Source: Promethearchaeota archaeon (GTDB lineage: Archaea > Asgardarchaeota > Lokiarchaeia > Sigyniarchaeales > SOKP01). Taken from it: DNA of 64,000 nt. The stretch covers positions 48,978 through 112,977 of the forward strand of contig JBHLOC010000005.1 of assembly GCA_048940925.1 (NCBI GenBank), given 5' to 3'. Under the pieces are notes generated by a model, which saw nothing but the letters and a program-made list of their open reading frames with translations, searched no databases and was not told the DNA's origin. A program made the translations under genes and the position numbers. Of this stretch, positions 27,594 to 36,953 are shown one piece after another; the stretch's first letter is position 1; each line of letters opens with the position of its first letter.

Positions 27594-28349
27594 CTAACTA
27601 CTTTTTATTAGTTCTCTAACTCTTTCCATTATATAAGGGAGTACTTCCTCAATTTTGTTATCGAATCTTAAATCGCAAATATCATCGTATGGAGTTTCAC
27701 CTTTATTTATGATAATTAATTTTGCTCCATTTTGCAACGCTAATCCTGGCATATTTGCTGCAGGTGTAACAACTAAGGAAGAACCAATTACAAAAAATAC
27801 ATCAGAATTCTGAGAACGAATTATTGATTCTTGAAGTTCATCATATGGCAATGGATCTCCAAAATTGACTATACTGGAAATTAATCTTCCCCCACAATGT
27901 GGACAAGATGGTTGACCTTCACGAACTCTATGTGTTCTATACCCTGGGCCCCATTTTCTTTTATCCCAACCAGCATCTTCAAAAGTCATTTTCTTTCCAC
28001 AGTCTAAACATTTCATAAAATACTGATTCCCATGAAGTTCAGCTAACATTTCAAAAGGAATACCTGATTTAGCGTGTAATCCATCAACATTTTGAGAGAT
28101 TAAATAATTTAATATTCCCATATCCATTAATTCTGTAATCGCATAATGATTAGGATTAGGTTCTACTTGATCCCATGGTATGCTTTTAGGGGGAGGAAGT
28201 CCTTTATCTCGTCTTGTCCATAGACCATCAGGTCCACGGAAGTCGGGCAATCCACTACCTGTAGAGATTCCCGCACCAGTGAACACGACTAATCTTTCTG
28301 ATTCAGCTATCCATTTAGCAGCTAGATCAATTTTTTCATCTAACTCCAT
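27594..28349 (-). CDS. Sir2-family NAD-dependent deacylase (class IV/SIRT6-like), copy 1
   Basis: GAGISTGSGLPDFRGPDGLWT, SQNVDGLH, ELHGN, CxxC/CxxC, GSSLVV. Confidence 0.93.
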   Translation of the reverse strand: MELDEKIDLAAKWIAESERLVVFTGAGISTGSGLPDFRGPDGLWTRRDKGLPPPKSIPWDQVEPNPNHYAITELMDMGILNYLISQNVDGLHAKSGIPFEMLAELHGNQYFMKCLDCGKKMTFEDAGWDKRKWGPGYRTHRVREGQPSCPHCGGRLISSIVNFGDPLPYDELQESIIRSQNSDVFFVIGSSLVVTPAANMPGLALQNGAKLIIINKGETPYDDICDLRFDNKIEEVLPYIMERVRELIKSS

Positions 28350-28448
28350 AATACAAAGATAACGATATTGATCATAAAAAGATAATTATAGATTAGAATT
28401 AAATTAAGAGAAACTAAGTTGATAATTACTCAACATTAAAAAACTAAA

Positions 28449-29204
28449 TTAACCATTTTTTACAATGTCCTTCACTTTTTCCATTATAGGGGGAAGTACT
28501 TCTTCAATTTTGTTATCAAATTTGATATCTGCTGCAGAATCATAAGGAGTTTCACCTTTATTTATGATAATTAATTTTGCACCATTCTGTTTGGCAATTC
28601 CCGGCATATTTGCTGCTGGAAAGACCACTAAAGATGACCCAATAACGAAAAAAACATCAGCATTTTGAGAACGTCTAATTGCTTCTTGAAGTTCATCATA
28701 AGGGAGGGGATCTCCAAAGTCAACGATGCTTGAGATTAATCTTCCTCCACAATGTAGACATACTGGTTGACCTTCTTTAACGGGGTCTTTCCTAAACCCA
28801 CGTCCCCATACGTTCTTATCCCATCCAACATCTTCGAACAACATTTTTTTATTACATGACAAACATTTCATGAAATAAAGATTTCCATGTAATTCTGCTA
28901 GTTTTTCAAAGGGAATTCCAGACTTAGCGTGTAAACCATCAATATTTTGAGAAATAAGAAAATCAAGTTTTCCCATCTCTAAGAGCTCCACAATTGCAAA
29001 ATGATTAGGATTGGGATCTACTTGATCCCATGGTCGAGACTTAGGAGGAGGTAATCCTTTATCTCTTCTAGTCCATAATCCATCAGGTCCACGGAAATCT
29101 GGTAAACCACTACTTGTAGAACATCCTGCTCCTGTAAATACTACTAATCTTTCTGATTCAGCAATCCATTTAGCTACCAAGTCAATATTTTCTTCTAATT
29201 CCAT
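28449..29204 (-). CDS. Sir2-family NAD-dependent deacylase (class IV/SIRT6-like), copy 2
   Basis: Same motifs; 251 aa, colinear with copy 1, ~80% identical by manual count. Confidence 0.93.
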   Translation of the reverse strand: MELEENIDLVAKWIAESERLVVFTGAGCSTSSGLPDFRGPDGLWTRRDKGLPPPKSRPWDQVDPNPNHFAIVELLEMGKLDFLISQNIDGLHAKSGIPFEKLAELHGNLYFMKCLSCNKKMLFEDVGWDKNVWGRGFRKDPVKEGQPVCLHCGGRLISSIVDFGDPLPYDELQEAIRRSQNADVFFVIGSSLVVFPAANMPGIAKQNGAKLIIINKGETPYDSAADIKFDNKIEEVLPPIMEKVKDIVKNG

Positions 29205-29257
29205 AATATGAAAATAACGATTTGAACTATAAAAAGATAATTACAAGTTTATAATGA

Positions 29258-30028
29258 TTATTTTTTTAAAATCGATTGGATTACATTAAAATCATCGAGG
29301 TTAAAGGGTTTTAGTATCGAACCTGTAGCATTTAGTTCTCGAGCCTTTTTCTCTGCCTCAATAGATGGTATAGCTGTTAAGAAAAATACAGGTATATCTT
29401 TAAGCTTACTATTGGTCCTAATTCTCTTTAAGACTTCATATCCATTAATATCTGGTAGAATAATATCAAGAAGTATTATTTTCGGAACATACATCTTTAA
29501 TTCTTTCAAACCTTTTAAACCACTCAATACTCCTTTGCATGATATTTCAATTGATTCAAAATAACTAGTTAGTAAATTAACTGTTTCAGTATCATCTTCA
29601 ATTAAAAGAATATCATAATCTTTCTTTTTATTATTTTCATTCTCATCTTTTATAGTTGTGATATTATCTAAATGATCAACGATAATATTTTCGAGAGTTA
29701 AACATTGACCCAGTACATTTTTTAATATTGATATAATACTATCTTCTATTGAAACTCCATATTTTTCAATAATTAATTGTAAATATCCTTTAATAGATGT
29801 TAAAGGTTCTTTTAAATCGTGGGAAAGACTGGAAAGAAGGTCAATTTCTAAATTTTTATCTTTTACAATAATCCTTGACCTATATCGAATAAAGAACTTC
29901 AATGCTTCTCTAATTAATTTTGATAAAGTAGCATAACCATTATTCTTTGCAAAAGTCTGCCATTCTTCTTTGGCATATTTAGATACATATAAAGAAATTC
30001 TTTCTTTATCTTGGTCCTCTTTTGTCAT
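29258..30028 (-). CDS. RHH-like DNA-binding + HisKA (DHp) + receiver-domain regulator, lacking an HATPase domain
   Basis: ERISLYVS...EEW..FAK..GY.TLSKLIREAL; SHDLKEPLTSIKG; ILLIEDD...LLDIILPDING...FLTA...KPF. Confidence 0.8.
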   Translation of the reverse strand: MTKEDQDKERISLYVSKYAKEEWQTFAKNNGYATLSKLIREALKFFIRYRSRIIVKDKNLEIDLLSSLSHDLKEPLTSIKGYLQLIIEKYGVSIEDSIISILKNVLGQCLTLENIIVDHLDNITTIKDENENNKKKDYDILLIEDDTETVNLLTSYFESIEISCKGVLSGLKGLKELKMYVPKIILLDIILPDINGYEVLKRIRTNSKLKDIPVFFLTAIPSIEAEKKARELNATGSILKPFNLDDFNVIQSILKK

Positions 30029-30081
30029 AATTTTAATCTGTTAAATTAAGTTTTTGGAAAGCATATAATAAATAATATAGA

Positions 30082-30128
30082 TTTTTTACATAATTATATT
30101 CTTTTACATATTTATATTCTTTTTTACA
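30082..30128. repeat. tandem direct repeats TTTTACATAWTTATATTC (2 full copies plus 1 partial) upstream of the RHH-HisKA-REC gene
   Basis: ttttttacataattatattc / ttttacatatttatattc / ttttttacac, read directly. Confidence 0.55.
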
Positions 30129-30401
30129 CTCAAATTTATAATTAAAAATTTAATTTCATTTAATTCTTGTTACTTCACATTGATAAAATAAAAGAAAAAT
30201 GAAGAGTTTTAGAAAGAGGAATTTGATAGATTTATGTAAATAAATAGAGATATGATAATAAATTACAATTTTTCCATAGTTTTTTTATTAAGATTCACTT
30301 TAAAAGATACTGACAATACTGACTTTAATTAAAATAAGATTGTTTAAAAACTAAAATTATAATAACACTCATTTTGATTTTGTTTGAATGAGGAGGAAAT
30401 T

Positions 30402-31124
30402 TTATTTTTGGTTGAGTTTATTAATGAGTATTCGAAAATTATTCTCTAGGTTATAATAGCTTATCATTTCAATTGGTTCTTCAATATTATCTAAGTTGTT
30501 GATATTATGTGTATCGCAACCTATTGCTACAGGAATACTATTTTCTTTCAATTTTTCGAAAAAGATTTTATTTTGAAGAGAGTAATAGCTAGAATAACTT
30601 GAATTGAATTCAAAATAAACATCATTTTTTTTTAGAAAGTTTATCAAAACATCTAGATTTCCATGAATAAAATAAGAAGGATCGAAATGTGCTAATCCTA
30701 GTATTGGAAGATCTAATTGATTTAATGACCTTTTCCAAAATTTAATAGTATTTCTGAGAAAGGCAATAGCTTCAAGATTTTGAAGATACTCGAATATAAT
30801 TATGTCATATTTCTCTGGTTCTATATATTTCTTAATAAAAGTGTCAGAACTTGAAAGATCTATTTCAATCCCTCTAAAAAGGGATAATTTCTTATTATTT
30901 TGTATTAGATAATTTTGACAAATTGAAATTTTATCTAAATATTCTGATATCTTTTGATTATTTTTTAATGTAGAAACCCACGCTTTCCAAGAATTGGTAA
31001 AATGATCAGTGATCGCAATATATTCTAATTTTAATTTTAATGATCTTTTAACGATTTGTTCTATTGAGTTTTTCCCATCAGAAAAAGTCGAATGGATATG
31101 AAGATTTAACCTTGGAAAAATCAT
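30402..31124 (-). CDS. PHP-domain phosphoesterase
   Basis: NLHIHSTFSDG, AITDH, GIE, LAH, GCDTH. Confidence 0.85.
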   Translation of the reverse strand: MIFPRLNLHIHSTFSDGKNSIEQIVKRSLKLKLEYIAITDHFTNSWKAWVSTLKNNQKISEYLDKISICQNYLIQNNKKLSLFRGIEIDLSSSDTFIKKYIEPEKYDIIIFEYLQNLEAIAFLRNTIKFWKRSLNQLDLPILGLAHFDPSYFIHGNLDVLINFLKKNDVYFEFNSSYSSYYSLQNKIFFEKLKENSIPVAIGCDTHNINNLDNIEEPIEMISYYNLENNFRILINKLNQK

Positions 31125-33020
31125 TTAAATTCCAAGTGTTTTTGTTTCACGATTTCTATATAAGCATAATGATCCACTAAATAAGAGTGCCATACTAAAG
31201 AAAACAAGAATTGATATAAAAAGATATTCTCCAGTGGTCTGTGACACTATAATATGCCCCAATGAAATACTTTCTATAGAAAGGATATCCATTGCAAAAA
31301 GTGAGATTAAAATAAATGAAAACATTGAAGAAATTATTTGAACAATCCCAATTATTAAATTTATATAATATATCATTCTAACTTTAGGTTTTTTTAATTC
31401 AATAATTCGACCAATACCAACATCAATTGCAATCTCGTCTTTATTGACTTTTTTTATGAAAAAATAGACTAACTCTTTAAGAGGAATTATATCAAAAAAA
31501 ACAGAACCAATCGCAAAAACACAAAAAAATATTAAAAATCTTGATAAAACTGAGCTATAAATTGATGAGAATCCTTGGATGGGAGAAGATAAAACTCCAA
31601 AATTGTTTATAGCCCATATGGAAATTCCTACAAGAATTATGGCAAAGAATTTTAATCCTGCTAATGTTAATACAATTGAATGGCGATCTGTTATCGTTAG
31701 TAAATAATATGTTATTCCAATAATAAAAATTATCAATCCAAGAATCACAGCATTTGGATTGAGAATAAAAGCTAAAATTAAACAACTAGATCCAACAATT
31801 ACTGGTAAATAGGGAAAAAAAGGTGCTTTAAAAGGGCGATCTAATTCCTTTCTTTTATATCTCAAGCTAACTGCGGCAAAATTTACGAAAGCTAGTCCAA
31901 AGAAATAAATAAAAGTTGTAATATTTGCTGTAAATCCAATGTTAGCAAAAATAATTGCTAAAATTGTAAATATAATCGTAGCTATTGTAGTTATTATTAA
32001 AACTAGAGTTGGAACATTTGTTTTTTTACTTACTTTTAATAGCTTTTCTGATACATAATGATCTCTTGCAAGAGCATGCAATACTGCTACAGCAGATCCT
32101 AATGCAGCATTCATCGCTATAAAAGTTGAAATAGTTGCTGCAATTCCCATCAACAAATATCCTGGAAAGCCTAAAATATCATTCATTACTAATGCTAGCA
32201 ATATTGGAGACTCTTCTAGCCTTGTTGATTCATTGCCAATATTGATCATTACTACGACTGTAATAGACAGATAAATAAACAAAGTTATCAATATGGCAAA
32301 AATATTTGCTTTAGGAATGTTTTTTGAAGGATTTTTCAAGCTTGCATTCAAATAAGCTAAGTTGGAGGTAATACTTGTAAAAAAAATAAATAACAATGAA
32401 AACATTAAAATAACACTAAAGAAATTGGTTTTAGAAATGAGAAAATTTGGATCATAGCCAGAGATATTGGTAATAGGAGCAATAAAGATACCCGAAACAA
32501 TAAAGATTCCAAATATCATTAATAAAATAATCGTTAGAGAAATAAGAGCTCGTAATGCTCTTTTTTGAGTCCTAAAAACAACAATCGCTGTAAAAAGGAT
32601 TGATATAATTATAATTGCAATTGTAATAAATAAGTTTTTCATCAAGGGAAAAGGGAAAAAAGCTTCAATTACAATCGCAAATGCTTGAGCTGAAAATGAG
32701 AAAGATGCTATGCTCGCAAACCATAAAAAAAACCCAATTATGAAAGCTAAGAATCCTCCTAATCCTTCTTTACTAAAATTATATTCTCCACCAGAGATAG
32801 GTAGGCTGGTGGATAATTCACTAAAGTTGAGAGCAGTTATAAATATTAAAATTCCTCCTAAAATTAGACTTATTAAAACACCGGACTTCGCTTCATTAAT
32901 AGCGGTTCCTAATAGAACAAAAATAGAGCCTCCAATTCCACATCCAATTCCATATAAAATTCCTGTACCTAATCCAACAGTTCTGGTTGGAGGTTTGATT
33001 TCTTTATCTTTTTCAGTCAA
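31125..33020 (-). CDS. APC-family amino acid permease with extra C-terminal TM helices
   Basis: GCGIGGSIF, ELSTSLPISGGEY, LARDHY, RPFKAPFFP; abuts the PHP gene. Confidence 0.85.
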   Translation of the reverse strand: MTEKDKEIKPPTRTVGLGTGILYGIGCGIGGSIFVLLGTAINEAKSGVLISLILGGILIFITALNFSELSTSLPISGGEYNFSKEGLGGFLAFIIGFFLWFASIASFSFSAQAFAIVIEAFFPFPLMKNLFITIAIIIISILFTAIVVFRTQKRALRALISLTIILLMIFGIFIVSGIFIAPITNISGYDPNFLISKTNFFSVILMFSLLFIFFTSITSNLAYLNASLKNPSKNIPKANIFAILITLFIYLSITVVVMINIGNESTRLEESPILLALVMNDILGFPGYLLMGIAATISTFIAMNAALGSAVAVLHALARDHYVSEKLLKVSKKTNVPTLVLIITTIATIIFTILAIIFANIGFTANITTFIYFFGLAFVNFAAVSLRYKRKELDRPFKAPFFPYLPVIVGSSCLILAFILNPNAVILGLIIFIIGITYYLLTITDRHSIVLTLAGLKFFAIILVGISIWAINNFGVLSSPIQGFSSIYSSVLSRFLIFFCVFAIGSVFFDIIPLKELVYFFIKKVNKDEIAIDVGIGRIIELKKPKVRMIYYINLIIGIVQIISSMFSFILISLFAMDILSIESISLGHIIVSQTTGEYLFISILVFFSMALLFSGSLCLYRNRETKTLGI

Positions 33021-33091
33021 ATTATTACGTCTTATTGATAATCTTAGTTTAAAATTATTAATTTTTAATAAATTTTATTTCAATCAGTGGA

Positions 33092-34546
33092 TTATGATTT
33101 TTCTAAATGAAAAAATCCTGAAATTAAAGATAATCCAGCGCCTATTAGTAAAAATATACTCATTGTCAAGGTATTAGCATCACCAAAATCTATAAAATTA
33201 AAAAATACTCCAATTACCCATATAATGAAAAAAATTCCAATACCTATTAAGATCCCACCAAAGAATTTTGAGGTCCTATAAATAGCAGATAATATTTCTA
33301 ACCTATGTATTCGACTCTCTTTATCTCTAATTTCCTTTTCTTGATTTTCTAATTCCGCTTTTAATTGTTGGAGAATGAGTCGAGAATCATTAGTACTAGT
33401 TTCAATGGCTTCCTTAGCCTTTGTTAATTTTTCATGATCTGTTTCCATTTGCTCCAATTTTTCTGTTAAAGCATTGAGTCTTTCTTCTCGTTCAAGATAT
33501 TCCATATTTGTTATTTCAATTTTTTGCTTTAAATCTTCCATCCTTTTTTCATTTGCTTCAATTAAACTCTCTTTCTTACTTATTTGCTCGTTTAAGTTTT
33601 CTACGGTATCATTTACTTCTTGAATTCGAGATTCGATGTCAATTAATTGTTGTTGTTTATCAGACAACTGTACTTTATATTTAGCAAGAAGTTCTTCATA
33701 TATTTCTCTTTGTTTTTCCATTTCAGGAAAGCCTTCATGATATTCTTGAATTTTTTGCTCAATCTCTTTAATTCTTCTCTCTTTTTTCTCAATTTGTTCT
33801 GTTAACAGCTTCTTTTCTTCTTCTTTAGCTTCAATCTCATTATTCGAATGCTCTACTTCAATTTTGTTTTTACTTATTGAAACTCTTAAAGTTTCATTTT
33901 CTGCACGTTGACTTTTTAATTTCTTCTCTAAAGCTTCTGATTCTTCTCTCTGTTTATCAAGTTTAATTTCATCTTCTTGTATTTCTTGATTCAATTTTGA
34001 AATCCTGTTTCGAAGTTCTTCTTGAGTAGCAACTTTTTCTTTTACTGAATCTGTTAGAACAATTAAATCTACTTGTCTACTTTCATACGTCTTTACTAGT
34101 TGTTCATTATTTCTCAGAAGTTCTTTATACTCTTGTTCTAAATTCTCTTTACTTTCTTTAGTTATTTGTAATCTATCTTCTAGATTACCCATTTCCTCCG
34201 TTTTCTTGTTATATTTCTCTTCTAACTCCGAGATGGTTTTTTCTATAGCAGCAAGGTATTCTTCTTTATCATCAATTTTTTTTGTTATGTTATCAAGTTT
34301 TATTTGAGCGTTCTTGATATCCTCATCAATTTCCGCTACTTCCTTTTTGCTTATCTCTTTTTCTTCAACATTCTCTCCATCTGTCATCGTCTCTGAAATA
34401 TCCTCAATTGTATTTTCGAATGTCCTTAATTTTTTGTCAATTATATCTCTTGAATTTTTTGCTTTAGATAAAAATTCTTTATCTACTTTATCTGTTTCCT
34501 TTTCCAATTTACTTTCTTTTTCTTCATCATTGAATTCTTCTGTCAT
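33092..34546 (-). CDS. long coiled-coil protein with C-terminal two-TM anchor
   Basis: ~400 aa E/K/Q-rich heptads, then FFGGILIGIGIFFIIWVIGVFF and MSIFLLIGAGLSLISGFF. Confidence 0.75.
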   Translation of the reverse strand: MTEEFNDEEKESKLEKETDKVDKEFLSKAKNSRDIIDKKLRTFENTIEDISETMTDGENVEEKEISKKEVAEIDEDIKNAQIKLDNITKKIDDKEEYLAAIEKTISELEEKYNKKTEEMGNLEDRLQITKESKENLEQEYKELLRNNEQLVKTYESRQVDLIVLTDSVKEKVATQEELRNRISKLNQEIQEDEIKLDKQREESEALEKKLKSQRAENETLRVSISKNKIEVEHSNNEIEAKEEEKKLLTEQIEKKERRIKEIEQKIQEYHEGFPEMEKQREIYEELLAKYKVQLSDKQQQLIDIESRIQEVNDTVENLNEQISKKESLIEANEKRMEDLKQKIEITNMEYLEREERLNALTEKLEQMETDHEKLTKAKEAIETSTNDSRLILQQLKAELENQEKEIRDKESRIHRLEILSAIYRTSKFFGGILIGIGIFFIIWVIGVFFNFIDFGDANTLTMSIFLLIGAGLSLISGFFHLEKS

Positions 34547-34919
34547 CTTATTGCATTTATAAATATTGGATTTATAATATTTTTTACCTCATTTAGAATT
34601 AGAATTTTTAATTATAAAGTTTAGTTTTTGCAGTTGCAAATTTGATTAAATAGGTGTCGATTTAAATAATCGATCATTTTTATATAAACACTTCTAATAA
34701 ATGTCTTATGTAATATCTGAAATACAGATATTTAAATTTTAATTTTTATTAAAATATTTCTCTGGAAAAAATCAGAATCTTAAATAAGTTTATAAATGAT
34801 AATTGTTTTATCTTTCATTTTTTTAAAAATAGAATAATTTTTTGCGTTTTTTCTTAATTTAATAATATATATAATATATACCTGTATCTGTAGTTTGCTT
34901 TCGAAGATTTTGTAAAATT

Positions 34920-35879
34920 TTACTTCCCTTCCAAAAAGTCAATAACTTCCTCATAGGATGTATCTGGCATAGGTCCAAAAAATTCTACTTTTAATGCTCC
35001 AACCGCATTCGCAAATTTAGCAGTTCTAATTAAATCCCAGTTATTTAAGAAACCTATTATAAATGCACCTCCAAATGAGTCTCCTGCCCCAGTTGGGTCA
35101 ATCTGATTGACTTTATAACCTGAAACTTTGATAGGTTCTGAACGTTGTGTAGAAAAAACCATGGAACCTTCTTTACCCTGTTTTAAAACTACTAATTCTG
35201 GACCCATTTCAAGTAACCTTTTGCATGCGTTTATTTCACCGCCAATCTCCGCTAATAGTTCAGCCTCTTCTCCACTAGGGAGCAAGACCGTTGATACTTC
35301 AAGTACGGGTTTGCAAATTTTTAGAATTTTATCTAAATCAAGCATTTCTGGTCTAAGATTTGGATCAAAAGTGACAACTACATCCGGGTTTATTTTTTTT
35401 GCTAACCGAATTGCTTTATAACATGCTTCCCGAGATGTTTCGCTTATTGAAAGAGCACTTCCCATTATATGTAGAATCTTCACTTCAGAGAAATAAGATT
35501 CTCTCACATCTTTAGGAGATGTCTCTCCAGCAGCACCTACAGCAAAAATAAACTTACGAGATCCATCAGAATTATATTGATTGAACGCAATCCCTGTAGT
35601 TTTTTCTTTATCGATACGTATTTGGGAAATATCTACTCCATCTCTTTTTAATTTATCGATAATACACTTGCCAAACATATCATCACCAATTACACCTATA
35701 AATCCTGTTGTAAAACCAAAGTGTTTTCCCATTCGAGCTGCAGAATCAATGAAAATAATTGGGGCGCCACTTGGAAAAGGTCCTCTATAAATAGCTCCAA
35801 TTGTACCATGCGAAATATCTACTTCAGGACGTATAAACTCAACTAATAATTCACCCAAAGAAATTATATTAGGACACAT
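34920..35879 (-). CDS. PfkB-family sugar kinase
   Basis: LGELLVEF, SGAP, FDPNLR, DPTGAGDSFGG, ANAVGAL. Confidence 0.92.
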   Translation of the reverse strand: MCPNIISLGELLVEFIRPEVDISHGTIGAIYRGPFPSGAPIIFIDSAARMGKHFGFTTGFIGVIGDDMFGKCIIDKLKRDGVDISQIRIDKEKTTGIAFNQYNSDGSRKFIFAVGAAGETSPKDVRESYFSEVKILHIMGSALSISETSREACYKAIRLAKKINPDVVVTFDPNLRPEMLDLDKILKICKPVLEVSTVLLPSGEEAELLAEIGGEINACKRLLEMGPELVVLKQGKEGSMVFSTQRSEPIKVSGYKVNQIDPTGAGDSFGGAFIIGFLNNWDLIRTAKFANAVGALKVEFFGPMPDTSYEEVIDFLEGK

Positions 35880-35956
35880 TTTATAAACTCAACCTAATTA
35901 TTTACACAGATAACTATTACAAAACAAAGTGTTTTACTACTTATAAAAAACAAGAT

Positions 35957-36913
35957 TTATTTTGTAAATTTTTGTTTGTATGATTCAATTACATTAGATA
36001 TCTCATTCATATGAATTTTTAATTCCTTAGGACTAGTTTCTTTTAATTTATCAAAATTTCCAATAATCTCTTTTAACTCCTCAATCCAAAGGTTCATAAG
36101 GATTTCTTTTTCTTTATTTTTACAAGCATTTTTTATTTCATTTCCAATCCATTCTTTAAGTGTTTCAAATATTTGTTTCTTGAGTACATCTACTGAAATT
36201 TTAACTAAATCCTGTTGACTCTTAAGATCATCTAATATTTGTTTTACTCCAATTTTATATTCTGAATGCTCATTTTCCAATTTTTTTAATAAATCACTTT
36301 GAACTTCTTCTTTCGTATCAAATTCGTCTTTTAATCTGTTTAATTCTGTTAAGAGATCTTCATTAACATTCCTTAAGTTGTCTCTAATTGCTTGGATATT
36401 AGATTCAGTAGAATTATTATATCCCTCTAATTTTTCACTAACATCTTTAAACTTTAAATTCAAAATCTCAGTAATAGATTCAAATTTTCCCTCCGAGTTC
36501 TGATTAATTTCTCTAAATTTATCATTTAATTCTTGATCAAAAATATTTGTTATGTCTTCAATTTTTTTATTAAGATTATCTATTTGACTTTTAAGTCTCT
36601 TATCTAATTGAACGATTTGATCATCGAATTTCTTCTCAAGTTTAGTTATTCGCTCATCAAATTTTTGATTAAGTTTATCAGATTGATCCTTTGAACTTTG
36701 TGTAAGTTTATTAATTAGATTATTTATTTTTTGATCATATTTATTTAAGAGATCATCTGTTTTTTTTTCTACTTCATTAATTTGCTCATTTACACTTTTA
36801 ATTAATCTAGATGTCTGGTCATTAAACTTCTGACCAAAATTTTTTAATTGCTCCTTTAAGTTCTCAAAAGTTTTAATCGATATAGTTCCATCTGATTTGG
36901 AAATGTTATCCAC
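35957..36913 (-). CDS. coiled-coil / apolipoprotein-like helical protein
   Basis: Low-complexity amphipathic helical repeats throughout; 40 nt downstream of the GTPase gene on the same strand. Confidence 0.55.
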   Translation of the reverse strand: MDNISKSDGTISIKTFENLKEQLKNFGQKFNDQTSRLIKSVNEQINEVEKKTDDLLNKYDQKINNLINKLTQSSKDQSDKLNQKFDERITKLEKKFDDQIVQLDKRLKSQIDNLNKKIEDITNIFDQELNDKFREINQNSEGKFESITEILNLKFKDVSEKLEGYNNSTESNIQAIRDNLRNVNEDLLTELNRLKDEFDTKEEVQSDLLKKLENEHSEYKIGVKQILDDLKSQQDLVKISVDVLKKQIFETLKEWIGNEIKNACKNKEKEILMNLWIEELKEIIGNFDKLKETSPKELKIHMNEISNVIESYKQKFTK

Positions 36914-36953
36914 CTTTTTTTGTGAGTGATTCTTAAATATTCATTTTTTTGAG

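Noticed and set aside
27594-29204. Sirtuins as SIR2-type antiphage NADases (ThsA/DSR-like) partnering the TIR proteins
   Set aside because: They retain the zinc-binding domain and deacylase motifs of classical sirtuins, lack sensor fusions, and lie more than 22 kb away.
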